A DNA stretch of 64,000 nt from Felis catus (GCF_018350175.1 NC_058368.1:171618001-171682000); one strand, 5' to 3'. Shown: positions 35,552-49,035, numbered from the stretch's first letter. Notes: generated from the sequence alone by a model not told the origin. Numbers and translations are program-made.

Positions 35552-36500
35552 CTCCTTTCCTTTCCTGCTTTCTAATTCTTTTAGATTATCCTCAAACCTG
35601 AATAAAATCACATTATACTCAACACAGACTTGAATTAAAAGCAACTGAGTAAAAAAGGGAGAAGGCTTTGGGTCAAAGCTGAGACTTGTAGAAGCAATGA
35701 CAAAGCAGTTATAAGAAGCCAGGAGTGACTCTGGAGAAGCTAGAAAGAAAAGCCTAGAACAAGACCCAATAAATGCCAATCAAGAGAAGTTAATTTCCAG
35801 GATCAGATATTTCTCTGGTGAATTCAACCAAACAATTTTAAAAAATTAATACCAATCCTCAAGCTCTTCCAAAAAGTTGAAAAGGAAGGAACACTCCCAA
35901 ACTCATTTTACAAATCCAGTCATTACTCTGATACCAAAGCCAGATAAGGACACTACAAGGAGAAAAAAAAAAACAACACTACAGATCAATAGATCAATAT
36001 CCCTGATGATAGATGCAAAAATTCCCCAAAACATTAGCAAACCAAATTCAATAGCACATTAAAAGGATCATACCGCATGACCAAGTGGGATTCATCTCGG
36101 AGAAGGAGGGTTCAAAATGCACAAACACACAAAAAGTAAGAACCACCACATTAACACAATGAGCAATAAAAATTATGACCATCTCCACGGATGCAGAAAA
36201 AGCTTTTGAGCAAACACAACATCCCTCTGGGATAAAGACCTCAACAAATTGGGTATAGAAGGAACACACTTCAACATAATAAAGGCCATACGTGACAAGC
36301 CTACACCTGACAGATCAACATTGCAAGGCTGAAAGCTTTTGTCCTGAAAGGAACAGGGTAAGTAAGAGCGGCCACCCTCACTACATCCTCACTATAGAAC
36401 TGAAAGTCCTAGTCAGAGCAACCAGGCAAGAAAAAGAAAAGGCAACCAAATTGCAAAGGAAGAAGTTAAATTGTCTTTGTATGCAGAGCATATGATATTT

Positions 36501-36539
36501 TATATATACATATATATATAATATACATATATATGTATT

Positions 36540-36582
<43 letters not shown>
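36501..36582. repeat. (TA)n microsatellite inside L1
   Basis: Direct reading. Confidence 0.95.
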
Positions 36583-36587
<5 letters not shown>

Positions 36588-36715
36588 CTAACGACTCCAA
36601 AATGACCATCAGAACTAATGAATTAAAGTTGCAGGATACGAAAATATTTAAAAATCTGTTGTTTTTCTATACACTAACAGCAAAATATCTGAAAAACAAA
36701 ACAAAAAAAAATAAC

Positions 36716-37225
36716 TGTGAGAAATAAGCCCACCAACCCAATCAAAAGTGGGACACAGAGACTCAGAGCTTAGTGAAGTGGGGCTTTAATCAACGTTCTT
36801 GCAAGAGCGGGTGTCTGATGGACAGGCACACTCAGGGCAGTTACAGCAGACAATTTACTTCCTAGTATGCAAGTCCCTCATTGGCTGAGTACTACAGAGG
36901 TTACAGTCTTACCTACACATTGCCTCTGCCCATGTAAGGTAAAAAGTAGCCTGATTAGAACAAATGTACATTCCCTGAGGTGATACAGAGACTTTCAGTC
37001 CTTCCACCCTTTGTTCTTTGGCGCATGCTCATTGCAAAGCCTGAGAAACTAAGCCCGTGAGAAGGAGAGGGGGAAAAAAACCGGGATGTGAAGTGTCTAA
37101 GGGTTTAGGACTCATTGGGGGTGGGGTTCATACATATTTCCAATAAGTTGTAATCTGCTGTTAACTAGACAGCACAGTTTTTATTTTGTATTTCTGAAAA
37201 TGAATCATCTCCCTTACTTCCCACA
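36716..37225 (-). mobile_element. Solo LTR (510 bp) inserted in L1
   Basis: TG...CA ends; imperfect 13-bp terminal inverted repeat tgtgagaaataag / cttacttcccaca; perfect 5-bp TSD ataac (36711-36715 / 37226-37230); ATTAAA and CCAAT on minus. Confidence 0.9.
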
Positions 37226-38625
37226 ATAACATTCACAGTAGCATTAAAAGGAATACAATACTAATAAGTAAATTTAAGGAGCTAAAAGATCTGTACCTTG
37301 AAAACTATAAGACTTTGATGAAAGAAACTGAAGAGGACTCAAATAAATAAAAAGATAGCCTGTGTTCATGGATCAGAAGAATGATTATTAAAATATTCAT
37401 ATTACCCAAAGCCATCTTTTCAATGAAATCTCTACTAAAATTCCATTGCATTTTTCACTGAAACAGAAAAAATAATCCTAAAATTAGGATGGAACCACAA
37501 AAGACCCTGAAAAGCCAAAGCAATCTTGAGAAAGAAGAACAAAACCTGAGCTATAATTCTTGTTGATGTCAAACTATATTACAAATCTATAGTACTCAAA
37601 CAGTATGGCATGAAAACAGACACATAGATCAATGGAACAGAATCAAAAGCACAGAAGTAAAACCTCACATGGTCAACTAACATTTGACATGGGAACCAAG
37701 AATACTCAATAAGGAAAGAACAGTCCCTTCAATAAATGGTGCTGGGAAAACTGGATAATCACCTACAGAAGAATGAAGCAGGGCCCCTATCTTACACACT
37801 CACAAAAATTAACTTAAAATGGATAAAAGACTTAAATCTAAGATTTGAAACCATAAAATTCCTAGAAGAAAACATAGGGGAAAGCTCCTTGACATAGGTG
37901 TTGGCAACAATTTTTTGGATAGGATACCAAAAGCACAAGCAACAAAAGCAAAAACACGTAAGTGGGACTACATCAAACTGTCTGTGCACAGCGAAATAAA
38001 CCACCAAATAAATAAAAAAGAAAACCTACTTCAGTGACAGAAAATATTTGCAAACCATCTATATGTTAAGGGGTTAATATCCAAAATATGCAAGGAACTC
38101 ATACAACTGAAGAACAAAACAGTTTTGATTTTAAAAGTTTAAAAATGGGCAGAAGATCTGAATAGACATTTTTTTCCAAAGACACACAAATAGCCAACAA
38201 GTACATGAATCAGTGTGCAACATCACTAATCATCAGGAAAATGCAAATCAAAACCACTGTCATCTCACGCTATTAGAAAGGCGATCATCAAAGAGACAAA
38301 AGATAACAAGTGTTGGCCAGAGGGTGGAGAAAAGAGAACCCTTGTGTACTGTTGGTAGGAATGCATATTGGTATAGCCATCATAGAAAACAGTATGAAGT
38401 TGCCTCCAAAAATTAAAAATAGAACTACCCTACGATCTGGTGATCTCACTTCTGAGTCTCCATCTAAAGGCAATGAAATCAGGATGTCAAAGAGAACTCT
38501 GCACTCCTATATTCACTGCAGCATATTTATCATGGGCAAGACATGAAAACAACCTAAATGTCTATGGATGGATGAATGGATAAAGATGCGGCTGCTTTTA
38601 TATATTATATATACACACAAACATA

Positions 38626-38627
<2 letters not shown>

Positions 38628-38665
<38 letters not shown>
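38628..38665. repeat. (CA)n microsatellite inside L1
   Basis: Direct reading. Confidence 0.97.
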
Positions 38666-38668
<3 letters not shown>

Positions 38669-39289
38669 AATATTATCCTGTCATGAGAAAAAAGGAAGTC
38701 CTGCCATTTGTGACAACATGGATGGACCCTGAGGGCAATACACTGAGGTAAATCAGAGAAGAGAAAGACCAATACTGTATATCACTTATATGTAGAATCT
38801 TTAAAAAACTGCATTTGTAGAATCATGGTTTCCAGAGGCTGGGGAATAGAGAGAGAGATGTTGGTCAAAGCGTACAAACTTCTATTTATAAGATGAGTAA
38901 GCTCTAGGGATCTAATGTACAGCATGGCAACTACAGTTAACAAAACTGTATCATATACTTGATAGAGTGGATTTTAAATGTTCTTACCATACATACACTA
39001 AAAAAACACAGTAATTATGTGAGGTGACGTAGATATTAACTAATCCTGCTGTGGTAATCATCTTGCAATATATAATTTATCAAATCATTATGTTGTACAT
39101 CTTAAACTTACACATCATACGTCAATTATATCTCAGTAAAAGCTGGGGAGGTGCGGTGGGAAGTCAACACTCTCCTCAGAGGATCCTCACTGTGTAGGAG
39201 GGTAAATGAACACCCTTCACTTATGTAGGAGGTGCCTTCAGTTTCATGTCATATAGATATTTAAGCAATGTAGGACTCCAAAGACTGGA

Positions 39290-40592
39290 AAACTTGGGAT
39301 ATTCAAGAAAACTCAAAGGAGCCAACTAAAGACTTAGAGCAGCCAATAATCAAATTTGGCGTAATAGCGAAATAAGGGGCATCTGGGTGGCTCAGTAGAT
39401 TAAGCAGTTAGGCATCCAACTTGTGGCTCAGGTCATGATCTCGAGGTGCATTAGTTTGAGCCCTGCATCAGGCTCTGTGCTGACAGCTCAGAGCTTGAAG
39501 CCTGCTTCAGATTCTGTGTCTCCCTCTCTGTCCCTCTGCCTGCACGCACACGTGCTCTTTCTCTCTCTCAAAAATAAATAAAAACACTTAAAATTTTTTA
39601 ATAAAAAAATGGAGAAATAAAATTAAAACTCTTCTCTAGTTTTCATATATGCCAGCAATACTCTGCTTTCAAAAAAAATGCAATGAAATAAAATTTGCAT
39701 TCAAAAGGTAACCAAAATGTGACTTTAGGAGTAACCCTAAAAAGGAAGATGAAAGATTTCAATGACAAAAGATTATTAAACTTCACTGGAAGATGTAGAA
39801 GAAAATTTGAATGGAGAGTCATAGCTTGTTGCTGAATGCCCAGTCTGAATACTTCATAGTTCTTTCAAAACAAAATTACAGGTTTACCACAACCAGATTT
39901 AAAACCTAATGAGAATTTTAAGAAAGACAAAGTATTTTAAGGCCTAAAGAAAACAGAAAAAAGAAACCATGAGGGAACTGCTTAAAAACAATTCAAATAA
40001 GTTAGGAGAGTGGGTGCTGACTAAATCAAGAGTAAAATATATTTTAAATCAACAGTAACTCAGACAATTAATGATACAGTAACAGACTGATCATTAAAGG
40101 GGAAAAAATCTGAACTAAGTCCTATGTATAAGACATTAACATTTGATTTAAACAAAGTAAATGAAGAAAGAATCAACAAATTATATTGGAATAGTTACTT
40201 GTCAATATATAATTTGCATCTACATGTATCAAAATAAATTCTAGACAGACTAAAACTCAAATGCAAAAAAGAAAAAATGAAGACAGCCATAGTAATGAAG
40301 TCCTAATAGATGCTATACCATGGTTGAATTTTGAAAACATTATGCTAAATGAAATTCTCAAAGAACATTTATTGTATGATTTAGCCTATGTAAGTGTCCA
40401 GTGTAGGCCAACCGATAGGGAAAGGAAATTAGTGGTTACTTGACCAGGGGTGGAGGAGGATTTGGGGTGATGGCTTAAGAGTAAGGAGTTCCTTTTCAAG
40501 GTGATAAAGATGTTCTACAGTGAATTAGGGTGATGGTCACACAACTCTAATGCTATAATGTGGGCACTGTATCACAAAGCTGTTACAAAAAA
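39290..40592 (+). mobile_element. Old L1 ORF2 remnants followed by an L1MB-like 3' end
   Basis: 'ttaggagtaaccctaaaaaggaagatgaaagatttc'; 'atgctataccatggttgaattttgaaaacattatgctaaatgaa...ggtgataaagatgttct'. Confidence 0.7.
39376..39606 (+). mobile_element. Can-SINE
   Basis: TSD-like aatagcgaaataa / aatggagaaataa. Confidence 0.93.
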
Positions 40593-40703
40593 AGATGAAA
40601 ATGTAGATGACTGCTCCGAAAGAAGATTTTACCTTAGAAACATTTTAAAAATCCAAAAAGAAAAATAATCATAAATATAATTCAATAAAAATTAGAATTT
40701 CCT

Positions 40704-40862
40704 GGCATGCCTGGGTGGCTCAGTTGATTAAGCATCTGACTTCAGCTCAGGTCATGATATCGTGGTTCATGACTTCAAGCTCCAAGCTCCAGCTCGGAGC
40801 CTGGGTCCTGCTTCAGATTCTGTGTCTCCCTCGCTCTCTGACCCTCCCCTCCTCGTGTTTTG

Positions 40863-40909
<47 letters not shown>

Positions 40910-40938
40910 ACTAAATAAACATTTTTAAAAATTTGTTT
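40704..40938 (+). mobile_element. Can-SINE with (CT)n
   Basis: TSD aaaattagaattt / aaaattagaactt. Confidence 0.94.
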
Positions 40939-40955
40939 AAAAATTAGAACTTATA

Positions 40956-41148
40956 GGGGCACCTAGGTGACTCAGTCAGTTGAGCCTCTGACTCTTGATT
41001 TTGGCTCAGGTCATGATTTCACAGTTTGTGAGTTCGAGCCCCACATCAGGTTCAGCTCAGAGCCTGCTTGGGATTCTTTCTCTCCCCCTCTCTCCACCCC
41101 TTTCCTTCTTGCACCGCTCTCTATCTCAAAATTAAAAAAAATTTTTTT
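40956..41148 (+). mobile_element. Can-SINE (tandem with previous)
   Basis: TSD aattagaactt on both sides. Confidence 0.94.
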
Positions 41149-41784
41149 TAATTAGAACTTCTTTAATCTCAGCTTAAAGGCAAAAAATGGTAAACACGTT
41201 CACAATTAACATGTAGATCACGGCTAACTCTAAAAATAAAAAGATAACCCTCTTATAAAAGTCAGTAAAATCCCCATTTAGGGCTTGAGAACTTTCTGTC
41301 ACAGGCAAATATGAATTTTTTCCTTCTCATGAAAACAGATGGGAGTGGAAAGTTTATATTACCTGGAAGACAGTATTGGTATCTACATTTTCAAACTAAG
41401 GAAGAATGAGTAACCTGTCAAAACCTTGTTTTAAGCACCTTTGTTTACTGAAGAAAAAGAAAAGTCATGAAGGATTTTGTCTGGATTTGGAGAGATTTCA
41501 GCATGGACAGTAAATAAATTTTTGTTGCGGCCTCAATAATACACAGAGCTGCTCTATCCATATGCTAGAGTGTTATCTGGGAAATTCCCTTTGTGGTTGG
41601 TCTTCATCATTGCATGATTCCATGACCCCTCAGCACACTGAGGCTTCCCTCGGTGGGAAAAGGCTAGAAATAGCACGTTCAATCCTTGATTTGGTTTCAG
41701 TTTTACTTTCTATAAACAGCTGGTGATAACCTTGCCGGCAGAGGCTGCGTGGCTCTAGACACTATCAGTACCCTCCACAGGCTA

Positions 41785-42190
41785 GAACTTGAATGTGACC
41801 AATCCTGGCCAGTGGGAAAGGAACTCTGACTGGGATGTGGGGCTTCTGGGGAGAATGCTCATCTCTGATAGAAACAGACATGTCTGTAACAGGGCCCAAG
41901 GAAGAAACACATAATAGACTAAATTTGGGTAATTTTTAAAAAGTCTAACAAAGGCATAGGAAAGCATGGGTAGGGTAGGGAAAACCATCACAGGTAACAC
42001 AGAATCCCAAAGCAAAATCCCAAAATCCAAAGCTTTTATCCACCCCAGGCAATCATGAGAAAAAGGGTGAGAAACTCAAAGAAAAGCCACTCCAGAGCCC
42101 TGCATCATTAAAACCTCTGAACCAATCTTTAACTGCCAACCTCCAGACTTGTTATTTTGGCAGAAAAATAAACCCTGCTACCTAATGCCA
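41785..42190 (+). mobile_element. Old MaLR LTR (MLT1J/K-like)
   Basis: 'atgtgaccaatcctggccagtg...ctgccaacctccagacttgttattttggcagaaaaataaaccc'. Confidence 0.65.
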
Positions 42191-42831
42191 AAAACATAGT
42201 CAATTTTTAAAAAAATGGAAGAAATAAAGAGAAAAAAAACCCATTGACCAGTCTCTTTATTTTCATCCACTGAAGTTATCTCATCTATACTAAAAGAATT
42301 AAAACTATAGCCTAATCCAGCACATTTTAGAAGACCCAATGGGTCAAAGGACACAAAACTCAAAAGAGGAAAACAGAAATGGGTAATATCCAACCTCACA
42401 AGTTTTTATATATTTAAATTTGTATTTCTTAAGTCTTCAAATACATATCACTCAGAGATAGGTCTCCAATTTCACAAGCTCCCAGTGGGTGTTCCAAATT
42501 GGGAGAATGTTTCTGAACATAATGTGGGCAACATGTATTGATTTATTTATAACTAGGTTGTTACTCCTTTCTTCTTCTGATCTCTACTATCTCAGAAATA
42601 GTTGAAGTTGTGAGCTCACAGTTAGCCAAATGATTAACTTTTTAATATGGCTTAATTAGTCCTTTTAATTACAATTATTTCTAGCTACTTTAATAAAGAA
42701 TTCAACCCCAGTATTTTACATTTTTAAAAGGCATGATGGAATGAAGCAAAGCCTTGTATCCCTTCCTGTCTTTAGTCAGGTATTTAATAAGCACAGCTGT
42801 TTGCGCTAATACCCAACGAAGGCACTATCAC

Positions 42832-42846
42832 CCACGAAGGGGCGCC
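42832..42846 (+). promoter_or_regulatory. CTCF-like motif CCACGAAGGGGCGCC
   Basis: About 2 mismatches to CCASYAGRKGGCRS; local CpG retention. Confidence 0.35.
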
Positions 42847-43320
42847 ATATGTCAAATCCTGGAAATGCACAGTGAAGAAATCAACAGCCTCTGAAGCACT
42901 AGCCTCATAAACCCAGCCCATAAAAATGCTCAAACCTTAAATGAAATATTGTTACAGCAAATTACTTCTGTCTGATCCTAAGTTATTCCCAATGGGACAA
43001 ACCTTCAGTAATAAATTTTATTAGCTTAAAAATTAATAATGTTGATTTCAATAGATTTTAAAAGGCATACACATCTAACAGTAATTATTTTAAAGAAGAC
43101 AGATTTCTGAGTTCATCTATATGACACAATATTGATTTAAAAGAATGCTTGGGGCATGACGTTTTCTGGGTAATTGAGTTTTCCAAGTTGTTTTAATACA
43201 GTAAACGATTGTTGGATTTCACTGTCAGGCTCTGAGCTGTGAAAGGCTTAAGAGATTGGACTGACAACTAACTTTAGGACATATTACAGAAATAGAGTTT
43301 TTAGCTGAATCTCTGATATT

Positions 43321-43530
43321 GGGGTGCCTGGGTGGCTCAGTCAGTTGAGCATTCAACTCTTGGTTTCAGCTCAGGTTATGACCTCACAGTTCGGTTCATG
43401 AATTTGAGCCCCATGTCAGTGTGGAGCCTGCTTGGGATTCTCTCCCCCTCTCTCTCTGTCCTTCCCCTAATCGTTCTCTCTTTCTCTCAAAAATAAGTAA
43501 ATTTTAAAAGAAACAAACAAACAAACAAAC
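43321..43530 (+). mobile_element. Can-SINE with (AAAC)n tail
   Basis: ggggtgcctgggtggctcagtc head. Confidence 0.95.
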
Positions 43531-45223
43531 GTTGATATCAACTTTGTTTTTAGTCCTGTTTTTAGGATCATAAGTACAGGATACATCTCAAAATTGAGGT
43601 TATAGATTTGTTACATCGACTGGGTAGTTGATTAAAGGAAGATACTATGGTCAGGACATTGGTAGACTATGTTCAGTGGGAATGGAAAGGGATTCTTCTA
43701 CAAGAAGCAAATACAATTGAGTTAGGGGGAAAACAAACAAGATGATGATCGACTCTTTCCCTCTGCTACCCACTCCACATTGACCTCACCCTTGACCAAG
43801 CCTACCAGCGGGTCCCGGATTTTGCTAAAAAGATGATGAGGAAAAAATAAACACAAACCATAAAAGAAGGCACCAACTGCTACCTGGGTACCTTGAGTAT
43901 ATGTGTCCACCTGGCCTCACATCTGATACGAAAATCAAAAGCCTATGGAAAAGATCTCCCTTTCCACTGGGACTAAAGAGGTCATAAAAGGGCTGAGATT
44001 TTGCAAAGACAAAGCCACCCAGTCACCAAGGAGAGCAGGAGCCTTGGGAGGAAGGCCTGAAGGTTGTCTGCCCTTCAGCTCTAGCAGCAAATGTTCCTAA
44101 GGGGCTGGTTTAAGGTCCTACAATGCTCAGGGTGCAGTGCCATTAACGCTGTCTCCACTTGGTCTCTACCTGATAACTTTGCTCAGAAAGGTCCCTAGGC
44201 TGACTCTCATGGCACTGGCTTGGCCACGTCTAGCTTCAACCAGTGATTAAGGCAGCTGCATGAATGTCTGGCACCTGATGCTGATCATGCCCAACACGGG
44301 TACCCTCCCCGAGCACATCCAGACCACCATCCCAACAAGATGCCCCAGCTGCCATTAGAGCCAAGGCTCTTCCACCACTCTAATTGTCTCATAGGTAAAG
44401 AAACTGCCACTACAAATAAGTGTCAGACTTTGCTGGACTGGACTACTAACTGAATTTCTTACCAGGTGGTAATATTTTAAAGAAACTATATTAAATAATT
44501 TGTGAATTTTCCTTTAAATTGCAAAATAACATTTAGATTTATCACAAAGTCCTCCAAAGTGCATATTTAGAAAGCTTCCACACTATCTGTGAATGAGACT
44601 GTAAATGAGGCAGTTCTGTACATTGTACGTTTTGCTAAAAGGCTGACATTATGATACGACCACCTTCAAGAGAAAAATTTGAAATTCCAGTTAACGCTAA
44701 GAGATTTATTCAGAACTCATTAAATACATTCTTAATCTTCCACCTTCTCTACTTAGGCAATGTAAAAGTTATCCACCCAGTTTTTAACAACAATAATAAA
44801 GGGGGGAAAAGTAAAATTTCTCAATCTTTTATCACTGCACAAGGCCTGGCAGAGGGAAATTTTAAAATACCAAACCCCAAGAGTTTATCTCTAGGGGCCA
44901 TGCCCCAAGGAGACTTAGAAATTCAAATTGTTTCAGCAGAAATTCACAGATCATTAAATTAATTCAAAACTCAACAGGGCAGCAAACTAACAACTTACCC
45001 TTACTGTATCTGGTTACAGCCTGTGAATTCTCATAAAAATAAATCTCCTTCCTCCTGACCATATAAAAGGACAAGCTGTCGAAGACAGTAGTTTAAAAGT
45101 GCAGAACTGATGCCAGAGTCAAGCCTTAAATACACAGATTTAAGGGAGGTGAAGTGGAGGGGAGGAGCCTGGAGAGGCTAAATCTGGAAGCAGAGATCTA
45201 CCAACCCACCTGGCTTGGGTTCC

Positions 45224-45380
45224 TGGCTCTCAGGTCCTGGGGTGCAGCTGAATCACCTAGGGGAGGTTTTTTAACTTTAGCCAAGCTCAGATCCCACACA
45301 GACCACTTGAATCAGAACTTCTGGTTGGTTTCAAAGTCCCCCAGGTGACTGCACTGTGCATTCGGGGGTCAGCACCACTA
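45224..45380. mobile_element. MER5-like MITE
   Basis: 'gaatcacctagggagg...gaatcagaact...cccccaggtgact'. Confidence 0.7.
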
Positions 45381-46119
45381 GACTGAAGGAAAGAGAAGTA
45401 GGATGAGGAACAGACAGCGGTGTATAGGAAAAGCGCAAGTCCACCGGCTGCCCCGACACAAGATGCTGCTCTGTGCCCCACCTCTCTCAAAGACCTGGTC
45501 CAGCCTTCTCATCCACCTGGTCAATTACCGTGTGCAGGCTCAGCTCTGGAGCTCTTCTCTCCCTGTGTTCTAGCTCTCCAGCACTGCGTGCTATGCACAA
45601 CAGCCATCTTTAATATTCAAAAGGCATCATGGTTGGACCCAGGAAAACAGAGCAGGAATGTGGAACACTGCCAGTTCGGGACAGCTAGGGGAGTCTCCAG
45701 GCTCATTACTCTTCCCTTTTAGCCCCTTGCTATGAGTTCTTAAATGTAAACACACACTTAAGAGTAAATTATTGGCTTGCGGGCCTCTGAAACAGTTGGT
45801 TCTTTAATTTAATGAGCTATAAACTTATATACTAAAGTAACTTCATACCCCAGAAGAGAACTGTTTGACACGAAAAGAAAAATGTCTGGGGCTTAGCAGG
45901 AGGTTCAGAGCACAAGAGAGGAGGGAAAATAAAATAAAGTACAATAATTTAAAAATCAAAGTTCTCACATTTTCTAACATGAGAAATCAATTTTGTTCAT
46001 CCTTGTTATTTCCCTGTATTAAAACTGGATTTGCATTGGCATTTAAAATATTTTTTTAAAAAAACTAATGAACTCTATACCACTGATATTGTGTAATAAG
46101 CATTTACTGTCATAAATAT

Positions 46120-46300
46120 TATCACATTTGATCCTCATAACAATGCTAGAATTGATAGCAGGTGTTAAACCACCAGTGATTTACAAAGGGGGTAACTGAA
46201 GGAAACTTGGAGGCTAAGCAACCAGTCCAGTTTCACACAGTAAGGAGAGGATGGGGTCAAGATGCAAAACCAGGTCTGTCTGACTCCAACCTTGTAACTC
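46120..46300 (-). mobile_element. MIR
   Basis: 'atcacatttgatcctcataacaat...aaaccaggtctgtctgactccaa'. Confidence 0.7.
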
Positions 46301-46619
46301 AGCTCTGATAAGTGAATTCTGCATCTCTGTTTAAATATGAAAAGAGGCCACTGTTAGAAAATCATTTAACACTTTTACTATATTGTCTACATATTTTTAA
46401 TTTTATTTTTACTATATTGCCTCCATAAGCAGTTTCTTTCCAATATATACTTGTTGTTTTAGAAAGTCATATTGAGTTTTTATTTTAGTTTTAAACACTC
46501 AGACATCTATAGGACACTAGAGGACAACTATGGGGCTCTACTGCTGTATAACAAATTATCCCAAGATCTACTGGGTTCAAACAACAAATGTTTGTTATCT
46601 CACACAATGTCTCAGTTAT

Positions 46620-46843
46620 TTTTTTTTAATTTTCTTATTTAATGTTTATTTATTTTTGAGAGGAGAAAGAGAGAGCAAGCAGATGAGGGGCAGAGAGAGA
46701 GGGAGACACACAATCTGAGGCAGGCTTCAGGCTCTGAGCTGTCAGCACAGAGCCCAATGCAGGGCTCAAACCCACGAACTGTAAGATCATGTCCCGAGCC
46801 GAAATCAGAAGCTCAACCAACTGACTGAGCCACCCAGCCACCC
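46620..46843 (-). mobile_element. Can-SINE
   Basis: Body; cagtta flanks. Confidence 0.94.
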
Positions 46844-47744
46844 ACCAGTTACTCTTCATAATGCCTCTATAAGGAAGGCAGGTAAGAAATTAAGGGACTA
46901 GAATTAAGTAAGCCCTTATCATGGCTGGTAAGTGGCAGATACAGTATTTGACCAAACCTCTCCTAATTCAATAACCAAAGCATGAACCATTATTCTACAG
47001 ACCAGCCTATCTAAAAAATACCTGGCCCTATGAAACAAAAGCCTCAAATATCTCCAAGCATTTGGATCTAGAAATCCCCCTTCTCAAGTATTCAGACTGG
47101 AGACAAAGTAAGCTAAGCCACTAAGCTAAGGAATGCACGTGGCATGTTCATACAATGGTGTATAAAACCAACGGGCCAGAGCAGAATATTTAGACAGAAT
47201 AGGATCATACAGTTTCAAAATGGAAGCATAGTTTTAGACATTACTTAGTCCAATCCAACCTATTCACTGTACAGGGATAATTATCCAGAATGAAAAAATG
47301 TCAAACTGTTTTTCTCCAATATGGAGAGACAAAAGAGGAATCCTTTTATAAACAAATGGCTTTTCCTTTTCTTTTTCCTAAAGCTGTCCAATTTCTATCC
47401 CCAGGAGTTAATAACCCAGAAGGTCTATCAGCCTCTGTAATTAATGGCCCCATAATAAATGCATTTTTAGAACTTGGGCTTGCTTGCTTTCATGTACAGT
47501 CCTTCCAGCAGACCTGTCTTTGCCACAGACTCGGTAATCAGATCAACTAACCAGTGCGAGTGCTCATAAAATCAGACTGTTGACTTCAGTTCATACGTTC
47601 CAAGTGAAATGTATATGGGCTTTAAAGCATGGGCTTCAAGGTGGCTCATCCAGTGCGTCAGAGACCTCTCCACCCACCCCTCCACTGTCAGGATGTTTTC
47701 TGGAAGAAAGAAGGTAATGGGAACCTATCCTGGAAAAGAAAGCA

Positions 47745-47789
47745 GAGGGAAGGGGAGGGACGGGGAGGGGAGGGAAGGGAAAGGGGAGG
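47745..47789 (+). repeat. (GGGGA/GGGAA)-type purine repeat
   Basis: Eight runs of at least 3 G with short loops. Confidence 0.85.
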
Positions 47790-47851
47790 TATGACAGTAC
47801 ACCTTGATTAGAGCCAATCAGAAAAATAAGGTTAGCCCATGTTAAAAGGAG

Positions 47852-48240
47852 ATGTTCATTCAATAAATATTTACTACAAGCCCACTATATGCCAGACATT
47901 GTAGTAGGTGTTGAAGAGACCTCTGGACAAATCCTAAAAAGAAGATCCCTTCCCTCATAAAGCATACATTCTAGCAGAAAAAGACAAGCAACAAGCAAAA
48001 ACAGTAAGTAAACTATACAGTATGTTAGCAGGTGGTAGGTATGATGAGAAACAGCAGAAAAGACTTAGGGGAAGTGAGTGCAGAGGGTCAGGGAGGGCCT
48101 TAGAAAGGAGACATCTAAGTGGAGACTTGAATGGGTGAGGGTAAGCCATGTGGAATTCTGGGGGAAGAGCATTCCAGGCAGAAGAAACAGCAGGAGCTGA
48201 GGCCCCAAGGCAGAAATAAGTTGCAAGTTTGAGAAACAAA
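47852..48240 (-). mobile_element. L2 3' end
   Basis: 'ttcattcaataaatattta...cactatatgccagacattg...ggggaagagcattccaggcagaagaaacagca'. Confidence 0.85.
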
Positions 48241-48744
48241 TAGACTATTTCTGACAACTTCATGAATCTTAAGTCTCAGAACTCAGAATACTTAAGATCA
48301 ATCATTTTATTGTCTGTCAAGAATTTTCTTAAAAAGATAAACCTGATGCTTTTCATGCTTAAAGGGGATAGCCAAAACAAAATAGTATTATTTTGAAGGC
48401 ACATTTCCCTAGAAAATGGATGCCTTTTAATGAGCACAACTATGTAAAACTGCCCTGACTTTGATCTCAGGTAGGTCACATTCAACAAGACACCAACTAA
48501 AGATACAGTCATAATTAAGTAAATCCGCTGTTCTAGGTAATGAACCTTGGTATGTAGGTCCCACCTAGAGGCAGATGGATATACAGGTGAGAGGACAGAA
48601 GCAATAGAAGTCTAAATCCATTATCTTCCCACCACCCCCAGCAGGTATGTCCACCCCCATCAAATCAAACATTCTAAACCACCAGCTTCCACCAATATTC
48701 CCCTCCATACCCTCCTTGCTTATGACAGTAACATACCACCAACA

Positions 48745-49035
48745 ATTTCACTTATCCCCTGACTACACTCCAAACACTAGGGGTTCTCTGCCCTAGGGCC
48801 TTTGCATACACTGTTCCCTCTGCCTCCACATTACCACCATTCAACCCAAATATGACTTCCTCAGGAAAGCCTCCCCGTCTTTCCATCAGAGTCCCTGTTG
48901 CACAGTCTTGTGTCATCACCAACATTTCTTCCCCACACCTGTGCACTCACACTCCTGCTCTCCCAGTAAGCTGTAAGCTCCACTCTGGGAGGGGCCATGT
49001 GAGGTGGCCTCACCACTGCATCCTCACCACAGTCT
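48745..49035 (+). mobile_element. L2 3' fragment
   Basis: 'agggcctttgcatacactgttccctctgcct...acttcctcaggaaagcctcccc...ctgtaagctcc'. Confidence 0.8.

Larger units (their letters stand above)
35785..39148 (+). mobile_element. 5'-truncated L1 (RT part of ORF2 to 3' UTR; L1MA9-like), inactivated
   Basis: ORF remnants 'VITLIPKPDKDTT', 'IELKVLVRATRQEKE', 'SVGQRVEKREPLCTVGRNAYWYSH'; 3' UTR 'gggatctaatgtacagcatgg...caattatatctcagtaaaagctgg'. Confidence 0.95.

Noticed and set aside
44999..45020. Minus-strand 22-nt microexon ending AGG|gtaagt
   Set aside because: Strong donor, but the acceptor lacks a pyrimidine tract and the length is not frame-preserving; no other support.
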